Shown in pieces: positions 25,499 through 36,989 of a DNA stretch of 64,000 bases (position 1 is the stretch's first letter; the number at the start of each line of letters is the position of its first letter). Location of the stretch: NCBI GenBank assembly GCA_010909165.1, contig MU008185.1, positions 248,001-312,000 on the forward strand. Reading direction: 5' to 3'. The notes under the pieces were generated by a model that had not been told where the DNA came from, did no database searches, and saw only the letters and a program-made list of their open reading frames with translations. Origin of the DNA: Anthoceros angustus. Taxonomy: Eukaryota > Plantae > Anthocerotophyta. The position numbers and the translations under genes are program-made.

Positions 25499-26010
25499 AT
25501 GGCGGGAACCCAGGAGCTGGGGTCTGAGTCTGACGCCAGTCAAGCTACCTTCTCGTTCTCGGGAGAAGACCACACTCTGGGCAATTCTCTCCGATTCGTG
25601 CTGAACAAGGAGAAAGCAGGATGGTACCCTCCAGATGCAGCTTCTGCAACACTGCTGTCTCTGCTGCCGCCTGTTGCATGATGGTGTGGCTAATCCCGCC
25701 CCCTGCATGTGGTTGCAGTCCACGAGTAGGATTCTGCGGTTACAACGTCCCATATGCTCCGGCGAATCTGGTGAATGTGCGGGAGCGAACAACAGATGTG
25801 TAAGGGGCGTTACGTGGTGCTTAGCTTTGCTTACAGCAGCTGTGGAATAATGAAATTGAACAAATCCAGCCGAGGAGGTGGTGAGAGATGCTCTGCAAGA
25901 TCTGATGGTTATGTGCGAGCATGTGGCAAGCACTTTCATCAAGGCGGTGGATGATTACGGAGCCACTCAGGGGATGAATACTGTCAGTATGAAGTCTGGA
26001 GTGTCCAACC
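25499..26010 (+). pseudogene. RPAC2: RNA polymerase I/III subunit AC19 (RPB11-like); probably non-functional or non-canonically spliced
   Basis: ATFSFSGEDHTLGNSLRFVLNK / PRVGFCGYNVP / PAEEVVRDALQDLMVMCEHVASTF. The expected first donor reads GA|GAAAGC rather than GT, the conserved PHP reads PYA, and no in-frame GT-AG solution exists for intron 2. The 3' end is uncertain. Confidence 0.65.
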
Positions 26011-26371
26011 AAACCTCACGCGGGTGTGCTGAGCATGGGCTAGGTCAAGACGACTGGTGTTTTGTCGTAGTGGAGCAGTTTCCAGACTTCAGTCTCTCTC
26101 TCTCTCCTTTTTTTTTTTTTTTTGGCGTTGATGCCCCCATCTTGTTAAGGGTTGCTCTCTTGGCCCTGAAGCACACCCGCTTCGTACTGATCTCATCCTA
26201 GTGGTGGGATCTGTTAGAGAAAACATGAGTTTAGGCAAAGTCAGAGTGTTTTGCACATCCAGGTATGCTGCATCAGGGAGCGTGTATTCCAAGATATGGG
26301 GGCAGTTGATAAGAAACGAAGGGCCCTCACTGTAGGTGCCCCTTGTACACTGGAAACTGCATCTCGAACTT

Positions 26372-26415
26372 TCGATCTCCCCGAGTATAAGATTCGATCT
26401 CCCCGAGTATAAGAT
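26372..26415. repeat. 22 bp tandem duplication
   Basis: tcgatctccccgagtataagat occurs twice. Confidence 0.85.
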
Positions 26416-26869
26416 AGGGGCCCAAAACGAATTTTATAAGGAGACACATCGGAGCCTTGCCAAATGGCCTAGGCCAAATGGACACACATTTATAAGAATG
26501 CCGTGATTAAGCATCCAACTCCTCCCAGTGAAAGCAAGAAGACTGCCTTTCACCATTCTAGGACATTGTTGTATGTAGCTCCGTTCCACTCAGGTTGCGA
26601 ATCCTGGAGGGCAAGTGTGTATATAGTGTTTGTGAGTACAGAACCTGACCACAGATACACGAGTGTGAATGCCCCAAGTCGTACCTATTTGTGAGCCGAG
26701 CCCTCCCCACCTCTAGAAGTTCGCCGCATGTGTGATATACCCCTCTTCTTCTCTCATTTCAATCAGATGCCTTGTTCTCCTGCGCTGAGCACGTCCTGTA
26801 ATTTCCGAGGAAAATGCGCCCAGAAAATCAACTCCAGCCCTAGAACTCCTATTTGGCTATATCCTGCCA

Positions 26870-27296
26870 AATGTGGCACCCTAGTAGTAGGACACGCCCG
26901 AAGAGTCTTTGATGGATTGCCTGCAAAGGATGTGATGTGGAATGCAATACCTAGGTGCAGGTTATTCAGAGCATGGGCATTGCCAGCACGCCAACAGTTT
27001 ATCAAGCATGCAGCAGGACATGGTTTCAGCTGACTATGCGACATCTGTTTGCCCTACTTGTAAAAGAGTTGTACTTGCCACTTGTACTTGTTGGCTTTCC
27101 ATGAGAGAAAAGTCTTGCATGCCCAACTCAGAAATGTGGACTCGATGCTAATGTGATTGTTGGCAGCAGCTTGATTGGCTTGACAATGTGCACAAACTGT
27201 GGCAGCTTGGAGGATGTCCGAACTGTCTTTGACTGGGTGGTCACCTGAGATGTTGTGACTTGGACTGCCATGATAGCAGGATATGCTCATCACGGC
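26870..27296 (+). pseudogene. Decayed PLS-PPR fragment, inverted copy of part (~5160-5565) of the PPR-DYW gene in this window
   Basis: Nucleotide blocks such as acgcccgaagagtctttgatggattgcctgcaaa, atggtttcagctgactatg and gatgttgtgacttggactgccatgatagcaggata match the reverse complement of the intact gene, with frameshifts and a CGA>TGA stop. Confidence 0.85.
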
Positions 27297-28429
27297 TGGC
27301 TGCACCCAAAGGTCCAAGACCTCAACGGCAGGGCCTTATACATGGTGGTTCACTAAAAAATCCATACACCAGGATTGATCGACGAGCGGCGGGGTCAGGA
27401 ATCCTGCCAGGTCAGGATCAGGCTAGTCTTCTGCGGAAGCGTGTTGCAGCATGTCACGGCCGCTTGTGACGTGCCACAGGCTGGTTGTTGTCGCATGCTG
27501 CAGTCGGACACGGTGAGACACTACACAGTTGGAACGTCCCTGTCAGGATGAAGTCTGGAGTGACCAGCAACATTACCTAACGTGGTCTCCAGATGGCTGT
27601 TGTTGTCGTCATTGTCCACCTGAATTTGGGGACAAACCGATCTCAAAGTTCGAGGCTTAACGAGGGACAGATCTAGAAACACATTCCTCATCAAAGGCCC
27701 ATCAAAGGAATCTATTGAGAAGAAAGTAGCGATTTGAATGCAAGCAGCAGGGGCTAGGTGCTTCTCGACTCTCCACTGTCCGTGACTCGGTGTTTCTATC
27801 CTACTGGGTGCAGCTTCTAGACTCATCATTGTCCCCAAGACGTTTCTTATGGACCCTCCATCGTCCCTACTGACTGGCGTTTACCCCAATTCCACCCTCT
27901 TTCCAACTGTGATGCAGTTCCTTCTCGTTTTCCTTAGTCGACAACGTTCTATGAGAAGTCAAAGAGCTATTCCGTTCGGCAGGTTTTGGAAAGCGAAGGA
28001 CAGGAAGTCGTTGCTCTTGCAACACATGTATGACAGAGCACGCAACGTGAACGTTAGAAAGGGTACCCCAGGGTGCATCGCTGATGGGTAGGTACACACA
28101 AGTGACAAGAACACTGAAAATACTATCAAAAGAGTCCAACGTGAGTTGCTGATGAGTACACACAGCAGTTAAGAACACTGGAGATATTACGAAACGAGCA
28201 AGGCAAGAATGCCCACAAGCACGAGAGTCTTACACAGCCATAGCATGATTCTGGGCGATACAGCTTACCACACGCTACAACGTTCACTCGGTAAGCTCTC
28301 CATTTGTGCTCTCCATCTAGCTAAAACGCTGGCCCCCTTATTTATACGGAGAAGACGTCTCAGAAGCCAGTGTACCATCCCAAAGATCGTCAGCAGGGTG
28401 CAGGTTTTGTGTTTTGTGAAGACTTCAAA

Positions 28430-29062
28430 CTAGCCAGAGCTGGCGAAATTGTAGCCAATTTGGATGATCCCCGTGTCGAGGTTTGCTATTGCGGCGAAAG
28501 CGGCCTGTGAGAGGTCGATGGTGCTGGCGCAGCCGGGGGGGCAGTAGTCCACGATCCGCACCTGGATCGGGTTCGTGTTGGTGCAGCCCGACGTGCACCA
28601 CACCCAGTAGTAATCTCCGCACACGGCGCCTCCGTTCCAGAACGCATCGCTTGCTGCCGCAAAGTAGCCGTCGGCCGGGAACTGGCTCTGGTCGTACCCG
28701 AAGCATGCCGACGCTGCGATACACAGACAGTCATGGTTCCCACTTCCAGGATCGTTACGCCAGCCAGTGAGATGCTCACTAGTCATTCACCATGTGACTA
28801 CACGTCAAGCTTGCAGAATGCAGAGTGGCCCTGCTGTGGTCAGAGGTGCAGCAGGACAGTCCCCTTGGATGACAAGCTTAAGCACGTGAAGTTGGAACAA
28901 TCGGCTGAACTTACGGACGTATTCGTTGTAGTATGTTGCTTGGCCGTAAGCATCCGCGGAGGCGAGGTGCGCATTGTACAGCACTGCGAGCAGCAGTGCC
29001 AGTGCTGCTGCTGCCAACCGCGAGCTCCGCTCCACCTTCGCCGTCATCTTGTTGTAAGCCAT
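28430..29062 (-). CDS. Secreted EG45-like / plant natriuretic peptide-like DPBB protein (143 aa, 2 exons)
   Basis: Exons 29062-28915 and 28713-28430 join to give a signal peptide plus GQATYYNEYVPSACFGY...AAASDAFWNGGAVCG...VRIVDYCPPGC..TIDLSQAAFAAIA..DTG.I.I.Y. Confidence 0.88.
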
Positions 29063-29599
29063 GTGCGAGCAATCACAGCTTGATGACGTTGGGCGATGGC
29101 CCAGGCCGCTCTAGCACAGCTGATCAGAGTAGCAGGTCCCAGGAGACGTGGGAGCTGCAGGCGATGGAGATGGAGAGCTGAATGCAAGCCAGCGTTATAT
29201 ACACGCTGTGGTAGAGACTGGTGTTTCCAGGTGGAATCCATGGTCCAAGAACTAACGAATTTGACTATATAATATTAAAGAAGATGAATTGACGTGGTAT
29301 TCCTTACGAGCGTTTCCCCCGCGTTGGTGTACGAGGTTGACGTGGCATTTCGTATTTGCGTACGATAAGGAGACGGGGCCCACATGGCGCCGGTAGGTTG
29401 CTTCTGCATCCACGTTGGAAGTCAGTTGCTTCCGTCTTGGAAGTCAGGACTTGAATAAAATTCTTCTTCTTCCGTCTTGAGTGTGATATGCTTTGAAGTC
29501 TGCAGTGTAGAGCCCAGCTGGATTATCTAAAGCATAGAGGGGAATAGCTGAAGAGGAGCACGTTTCAAATTGACTAACTTTGACGGTCCGTGTTCCAGT

Positions 29600-29915
29600 C
29601 TTCCTTCAAGCTTCTCTCGTTCCTTCCTTCAACCATATTCCTTCCTTTCTTCAACAAAACTTCTTCCTTCCTTCCTTCCACCAAACTTCTTTCTTCCTTC
29701 CTTCAACCAAACTTCTTCCTTCCTTCCTTCAACCATATTTTTTACATTTTTTACTCCAATCAAACTTCCTCCTTTGCTCAATCAAACTTCCTTCCTTCAA
29801 TCCAACTTCTTTCTTCCTTCCTTCCTTCAACCAAACTTCTTCCTTCCTTCCTTCAACCAAACTCCCTCCTTCCTTCTTCCAAACTTCTCAACCCTTCAAC
29901 CAAACTTTTTTCTTT
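29600..29915. repeat. Pyrimidine-rich minisatellite (unit ~ttccttccttcaaccaaacttc)
   Basis: About ten degenerate 21-29 bp units with almost no G on the + strand. Confidence 0.85.
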
Positions 29916-30782
29916 CAAAGAATATATATTTCAATAAAATATTTTTTTTGAAAACTTTAAAATGAAGATCTCAAAATATCATTCTCAGCAGGAGCACAAA
30001 CAGAATCAGATCATATCTGGGAGCAAGAGTAACAACAAACACGTGGAACCTGCAGAGAAACTACGAAAAGCAACCCCCACCGGCACCCACAAAAAAGAAA
30101 ACCTGCCAAGCAACCAGGTAATGCTGCTAAAGGTACGCGGATTGAAAGGTATCGCTCTTTCACTTATGATAGAACGTTGTGGACTAAAGAGAATGGAAAG
30201 GACCTACATTGCAGTTGGAAAGAGGATGGAGATGGAATTGGACTAAACGCCAATCAACTTGGACAGTGCAGTGGACAAGGACTCCAACAGCATAGTTCTC
30301 CACATTAGGTTTGGTTGGTGACTCCAGACTTCATACTGACTTTGCTCTTTCCTGATTGGCTCTGTATTCATCCACCGCTTTGTTTCTGTCTCTCCACTGT
30401 CCTTGCTGGCTGGCATTCGTCCCAATTCCATGCTCATTCCAAAGGATCAGAAGGCCTTTCCTTTTTTCTTAAGTCATTAACGTTCGTTCTTGCACCTACT
30501 TTTGGGAGGTTCGGGAACGTGATGGAGACGAACTATTTCTCCAGGGATTCAATAGAGCACGCAACTTTGTTTGGTGCCTAGGCTTGCGCGTGTAGACAGG
30601 GCCACGAACAACACTTGCGGTAAAGGGAATCACCCGCAGCTTCTGATGCCTCCTTGCCTTTACTCTTGGAAAGCTTCTCCGAAGCTGTGAATGTGGCAAC
30701 TTGAACAGTTAGAACTGTGTCTGCACTCGAGAACTGATAAAAGCGTTTGATGGCTAAGTTCATGATGCAATGTCTCTCTACC

Positions 30783-33700
30783 CTAGGCCTGCCGTCCAGC
30801 GTTTCTTCTAGGTCTTTTTCTTGTGAGAGCATTCTGGATACGTCTCGCTTTGTCTTGGCTTTCCCAGGATGTTTTCTGGATAGATATGTTCTCCAGAACG
30901 TTGTGTGGCAGAGACCTCATCAAGTCCTGGAACATTTCGTCGTCCAGTCCGTCCCAGCCATCCAACACCAGCGTCTTGATGCTGCGGTTGTTCTCCAACC
31001 CTTGGAAAAACGCCTTGGTGAACCTACATGGACCAAAGGGCTTTCTAAACTCAAGCCGAAGCTCCTGAATAGCCTTGCACCCTTGCAGAATCGTGATGAG
31101 CATAGGATCCATGTCGTCATCATGCGAATGATGTGAGTGAAATACGCCGAGTTTGGTGATACTGCTGTTTCCACGGAGTGCTTTCAATCCGCGTGTGACG
31201 AAGAAGCTGGCAAGCCCGAGCTCTTTGAGAGCACGGTTGGAGCGCAACACGCGAGCCAGGGCTTCCCCCAGCCCTGGCTCCACTGCCTGCTGGCCACCCG
31301 GACACAAGAGAACAAGCTCTGTGACGGAGCGATTAAAAGCCACAGGAAGATTTTGAGCCTCATGACTCCTCGCCGGATCCAGCGTCACACCACGCCCTGG
31401 GCTCTGACATACTGATGAAGACTTACAAGCAGCGTCGTCCCACCACTTTTTCAGCGTTTTCATGGGAAATCCCTCCTTCTTCTTCTTGTTGATGGGGGCC
31501 CAAGACAAGTCATCACGCCACACCAAAGCTTCAAGCAGTGGAATGATGAACATGGGCGCTGGCAGCTTTTCATTCCGGGGCATCAAATCTCCGATTCTAA
31601 GCCCAGTCAGTGTGGTGGTGTGCGCCAGGGCCTTTGCGATCAGCTCAGCTCCTGCCTCGTCCATGCCAATTTCGGAAATCCAGAGACCCCGGATGGTGAG
31701 CGAGTTGGTGAGGATGTCGGCCAAGTGTTGCGCCCCTACAGCATTCCCAATGTCGTTCCCACAGAGACCCAATATGGACAGGACTGAACTGCGCCTCACA
31801 TTGCGCCGAAGGGCTGCAGCGATGTCACCCAGTCCTTGTGCACTCAATCCCACATATTGCAAATCCAGGACGCACAATGAGCGATAAGATCTCTCTATGA
31901 CGGCAGTCAGTGCCTGCACGCAGGCGGCGGTGGCCCCAAAGCCAATGTACCCACACAAATCCAGCTGCTGGAGCACAAGGTTGTGTTGCAACCCTGACAA
32001 GAGTGCCAACGCCTCTTCCTGCCTCACGCTGTAACCCGTCCTTCGCTGAGGATTCAGATGAACGTTCTTCAGCGTGCGGCATTTGCCGATGGCTGTCAGC
32101 AGACGCAAGCGAACGTCCCCCTCCCACTCCCCGCGGTGTTGGCACTTCCCGTACGCGTCCTGGCAGTTGCAATCGAAGTAGCTCCCCCACAAATCCACAG
32201 CTGGGAGTGTTTGCAACCGTCGCGAGTCGGACTCCAGTGCTGCGAGCAACCTCAGCAACCGCGGGTTCACTCTCTCACCTCTCAGAGCTTTCTTCAGAAG
32301 TTCGGTTTTGCCTTCCTTTTCCCACGAGGTGCCCTCGATAGAGATGTGCTCCAGGTTGGTGTTGGTGGACAAGGATTGTACCAGGTCTTCAAACATTTCG
32401 TCGTCCAGGCCATCCCAGCCATCCAACACCATCCTCTTGACGCTAAGGTTGCGACCCAACCCACGGAACAACCTCTTGGTGAACTTGCTCCGCCCGTAGG
32501 GTTTAAAAAACCTGAGCTGCAGCACTTGCAGCCTTATGCACCTCTGCAGGATTGACATCAGCAGAGGGTCCACCTCCTCGTCATCCAGGCCATGGTGGTG
32601 ATCCAGCGTTAATGCCGTGATGCTGCTGTTGTTAGCCAGTGCCCACAACCCGCACGTCACAAAAAAGCTCGTCACCTTGAGGAACTTCAAAGTTGTGTTG
32701 GAGCGAAGCATGCCAGCCACAGCTTCTGCCAAACCACCCTCCACAGCGCTCTCTTTCGTTTTCCGTATTGAACTGCTTGCCTTCTTAAGCGATACCCTTC
32801 CAGCCCTATCCTTATCCTTGCCTCTGCCTCCTAGCAGCCCGGTTACCCGAAGCGAGAGCTGGGTGATGGATTTGTTGTATTTGCATGAATGACATACCCA
32901 CTCCAGCTCCAACTCCGACAATGACTCCGACGAGGAAGACTCACCAGGGCTCAAGGCTCTCAAGAGAGGAACCAACATGGCCGCCTGCTCAGGATGCTTC
33001 TCCCGGTCATATCCTAGCTCAAGCCTGTCCAGTGTGGTGCTGCGGGCCACAGCGTGCGCAACTACTGTGGCGCCCGAATAATCCATTCCTACATCGCGCA
33101 GCCCCAAGGTTCGCAGTGCACGCGCATGCGTAAGGATGTGGGCTACGTGCTGCGCCCCGGTAGCTCTTATGATGTCGTTGTTATCAACACGCAACACGCG
33201 GAGAACCGAGCCGCTGTTGTCCCGCAAGGCTGCGGAAATATGGCCCAGTCCTTCCACACTCAGCCCGAGGCCCCGCATATCCAGATAATCCAATCTGCGA
33301 CTGGGTCGCACCACGGCAGCAGCCAGTTTAATGCACGCTTCCGTGGTCCCGAATCCTTGGAACCCGCAAAAGCTCAGGCTTTCCAGTTCTGGATTGCGCT
33401 TCAACCCCTTCAGCAGCGCCGTTGCCTCCACGTCCCTCACGCTGTACATCCCAAGCACAAACAAGGGATTCAGATGGATGGTCCTCAGGCTCCTGCAGTT
33501 GCCGATAGCGCTCATGATGCGCAAGCGCAGCTCCCCCTTGGACTCGCCCGACGCTTCATGTTCGCGCTCCAGGAAGTAGGTGCCCCAGGAACCCGCAGGA
33601 GGAGGAAGAGCGGACAGGGTCGGGGAATGGGACTCGAGGCTAGCCAGCAGGTTCGCCAGCTCGGCAGAAAGATCTAGAGCCGTCTCCGCCATAGCCGAAT

Positions 33701-35132
33701 CTTCGCTCAGTCCGTGGAGTCTCATGTTTGACGTACTTGGGACCGTGATCTGCAGAAGCAGTTGCCGGATCTCATCACGTTTTGCTGTGCACTCCTGGTC
33801 ACATCGTGCCCACTGCAGAACTTGGTCGAGCTTTTCCAGAGCATCCCCGTATTCACCCTCCGTGGCGTGCTGCAGGGCCTCCTTCCGATGCCTCAACCTG
33901 CGGTCATGAAACACGTCTTCCTGTTCCGGGAACGTCTTGAACAGTCGCGTCCGCACATTGATATCATCCACCACAATACCAAACTCTGGCAGGCCTTTAT
34001 CAAATGGAGACACGGTCACATGGTGGTCGATCACTGTCCATCGGTCATACGTCCTTCCATCGCTGCATTTCACGGGATCGCACATCAGCTGATCTGTGAT
34101 GGGATCTTCAAACCATCGGTCTTCTTCACCATCCTGTGCAGAAGACTGCCTCTTTTCCAGCCTCCTAGTCCTCCGCTCTTCCAAATTTGCCAACACCTAC
34201 AAATGTGCCAGACACAACGCATTGAGACATAACTCCACTCATCACAGCTGACCTAAACAATTCAAAACCCTAAACAATTCAAAACAACTTTAAATTCGAA
34301 CTTGAAGGAAACACTGTTCGAACTTTGTTGAAGGAAACACTGAAGAGTCTCACATCTGCAAAGAACTTCTCCGATTCCGAAGTCTGAGGCTCCGTGCTCC
34401 GGGTTAGGGTAATCGCAGTGTCCAAGTCTATGTTCCGATCCTGCCCGGTAGCTGCCACTCCGTCCAGCACTGGCTGCAGCAACGATTTGAGCTCGGCACG
34501 CAGATCCAGTATGCTCGCATTCACCTGATGCACGTCATCCCTCCACTCCTTCCAAGCGCTAGCACTATCTGCCAGCGCATCTGTCAAAGCCCCTTGCACT
34601 CGGGATAGATTGGCTCGGAACTCCTCCTGCTTGCTCTGCTCCTCGATCACCACATCGAAAATGATGATCTGAAGCTTGGTTTGGAAAGACGTTACCACCT
34701 CCTCCCTTATCCTCTTCAACTTGTCGTAGATTCTGCTCACGCTCCAAACGGACTTGATGTAGCCACGGTCCAGACACACTTGCACGTACTTCGTAGCCCT
34801 TTCCAAATCCTCCTTCAAAGCCCCTGCTCCAACACGACAGCAACGCATCATTCACTAGTGCACATCGATATCCCGCCAGCCAAGAAATCAATATCATCCA
34901 AACTAAAAAGCAGCATCTGAATTTCCATACCAGCAGCCCACAGAGCGCTGTTGCTCTGAGGAGTCCTCTCCTGGAGCGAAAGCAGGTCCAGTTTGAGGTT
35001 GGTGATGAAGACGCTGAGCTCCCCGACAATCTCGTCGTTGTTGCGCTTCTTCAAGCACAATTCCTTCACACTCCACAGGGCCTCTACCAGCGTGTAGCCA
35101 GCCCCTATCGCGGCCAAGGTTAGATCCGCCAT
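30783..35132 (-). CDS. ~1360 aa protein: N-terminal four-helix-bundle (MLKL/RPW8/UND-like), coiled coil, U-box, TPR-like helices and two RI-type LRR modules
   Basis: Exons 35132-34931 (202 nt), 34823-34354 (470 nt) and 34196-30783 are joined by GT-AG introns of 107 and 157 nt with matching phases (1, 0). U-box FEDPITDQLMCDPVKCSDGRTYDR; TPR-like EALQHATEGEYGDALEKLDQVL; LRRs such as LRTLGLRDVGMDYSGATVVAHAVARSTTLDRLEL. Confidence 0.85.
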
Positions 35133-36989
35133 GCCCCCAAGATTGGCGCAAAACGCAGCGCTTAAGTTGAAGCGCTCAAGTTGAAGGCAGTCGATACAAC
35201 GTCCTGCATCCTCCTTCTCCCCGTCCTTCCTTCACTTTGTCTGTCAGAACCTCTTCTCTGAAAATATTACAGCAACCATGCTCTTCAAACTTGACCTCGG
35301 AACTTGCAACATGCACGCGCTCGTCTCAATATTCGTTCCCGAGACGAGCTCGGCTGCACTCAAGAAGGCCTCTCGACTAGCGCTTTGTCAATCACAGCCA
35401 AGCCTCTCCGTCTGCCTGCGTCCACGCTGTGCTTTTGAGGATAACTGCCTCGCAGGAGGAGGAAGAGCGGACAGCGGGCAGGCTCGGGAGCGGGGACTCA
35501 GGGCAACCGGCGGGGCAGGAAGAGGCAGCTCACAGGTTCAAACTTCTCAACAACGTCCTAGATAAGCTCTTGCAACAGCAGCACAGAACAGCAAAGCCGA
35601 AGGCGTCTTGGCAACTTCTCAGGAGACAGGTTTTTGCCGAGTCCGCTTGCATCGGACGCGCGCTCTCGCAAGCAGGTGCAATATGCTGATGCAATGACGG
35701 GGACACAGAATCCATGGTGAATTGGCATCGGTGTTTAGGACACCATGATTGGAACTTCTCGTCACCTGGTTCGGCATGAATCCCCTGTGCTTTGTTTTTT
35801 TCTTCGTACACAGCGGGCAGCTCTTCCCGCGGGCTACGCAGCGACGCTCCTCAAAGTAGGAGTGCTTTTAGCATACTTAGAGGATTACTTCGCCTGCGGG
35901 AAGAGCGAGCTGCCACCGGGAAGCCGGGCGAGGACGTCTCCGGGCGGGCGGTTGGACAAGGGGGAGGGAGAGGCACCCGGCCGTGCAGGACATAGCCCGA
36001 GGATTTTGCTACCCTTCGCACTTACTTCTTCGTGAGGGTTAGGTAACTGGTATCTGCCGTCACCAGGATGCAGGATTGTCCAGACTTAACAGATTCGTGT
36101 GCCGTGTGATGCTGTCATTGGAGCAAGCGCTTTGATTCTCGCAGGTGCTCAGGCAGCCGTTCACTTTCCCACGAGCCGGCCTTGCGTAATGCTCTCCCGC
36201 AGAGCAGGAAGCTGGCTCCGTTTGTGTTCACACGGAGGAGGAGGAACAGAAATGCGTTTGTTTACATATGTAATTATGTACATATACTGGCACGGACATC
36301 GGAGTCTGATGGTCAGAGGCTGTCAGCTGGTTATGCTTATAAGCAGGGTTTATTCCTGAGGGACATACATCTGCGAGGTGGGCGCTGCCCTCCACGTATG
36401 TATGTACATATGGGAGAGCACAGGGCACACACATGTGGTGCATGACGTGGCATGGAATGTCCTTGGCTTACTCCTACAGTCCACCCCCCCTAAATGGGAC
36501 TGGTTCGGAGTGCCTTTAGAGGTCCCATTAAGGGAGGTGTCCCGATTATATTTTCCCTATTTAAAAATAATAAAAATATTATAAACTCTAAAAAATCAAA
36601 AAATACCCAAAAAAAGAAAATTTTAAATTTTGATTGATAGGTTTCACTAAAAATAAATTTTACCACTTCTTTATATAGTTGTTTGAAAGCTAGCGTATGG
36701 CATACCAAAGAGGACAGAGGGGACGGACATTTTTTTTCTGCCGCAAAACTTTTGGTGTCCGGTTTGGTGACCCGACCGAAATGGGGTAGCCCAAAGGGGA
36801 CGCACCAAAGCGGCCACTTCGCGGTCACCGGATTTCAGAAAGGGAACTTTAGGGTTTTTTCCGACTCACTCTATGTGTTTTCTCCCACGGAACAAAAATT
36901 TTTGTTCCGCAACGCTCCTATTTAGGGTCCGTAGGCCTCATAGGCAAGCCACATGCCCGCTTTTAGGGTTCATGTGCTAAGAGGGTGGA

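Noticed and set aside
27300-28200. Short - strand ORFs between the PPR fragment and the EG45 gene
   Set aside because: No recognisable motifs, termini or splice model; possibly a TE relic but not supportable.
29570-29965. F/L/P/S-rich ORFs in three frames
   Set aside because: Translations of the CT-rich minisatellite.
33594-35474. Exact 24 nt match between the LRR gene (33594-33617) and its upstream region (35451-35474)
   Set aside because: Purine-rich, low complexity, and the similarity does not extend in either direction; no paralogous fragment can be supported.
36848-36968. Scattered TTTAGGG heptamers near the left element end
   Set aside because: Isolated single copies, not a tandem telomeric tract; compatible with chance or telo-box motifs.
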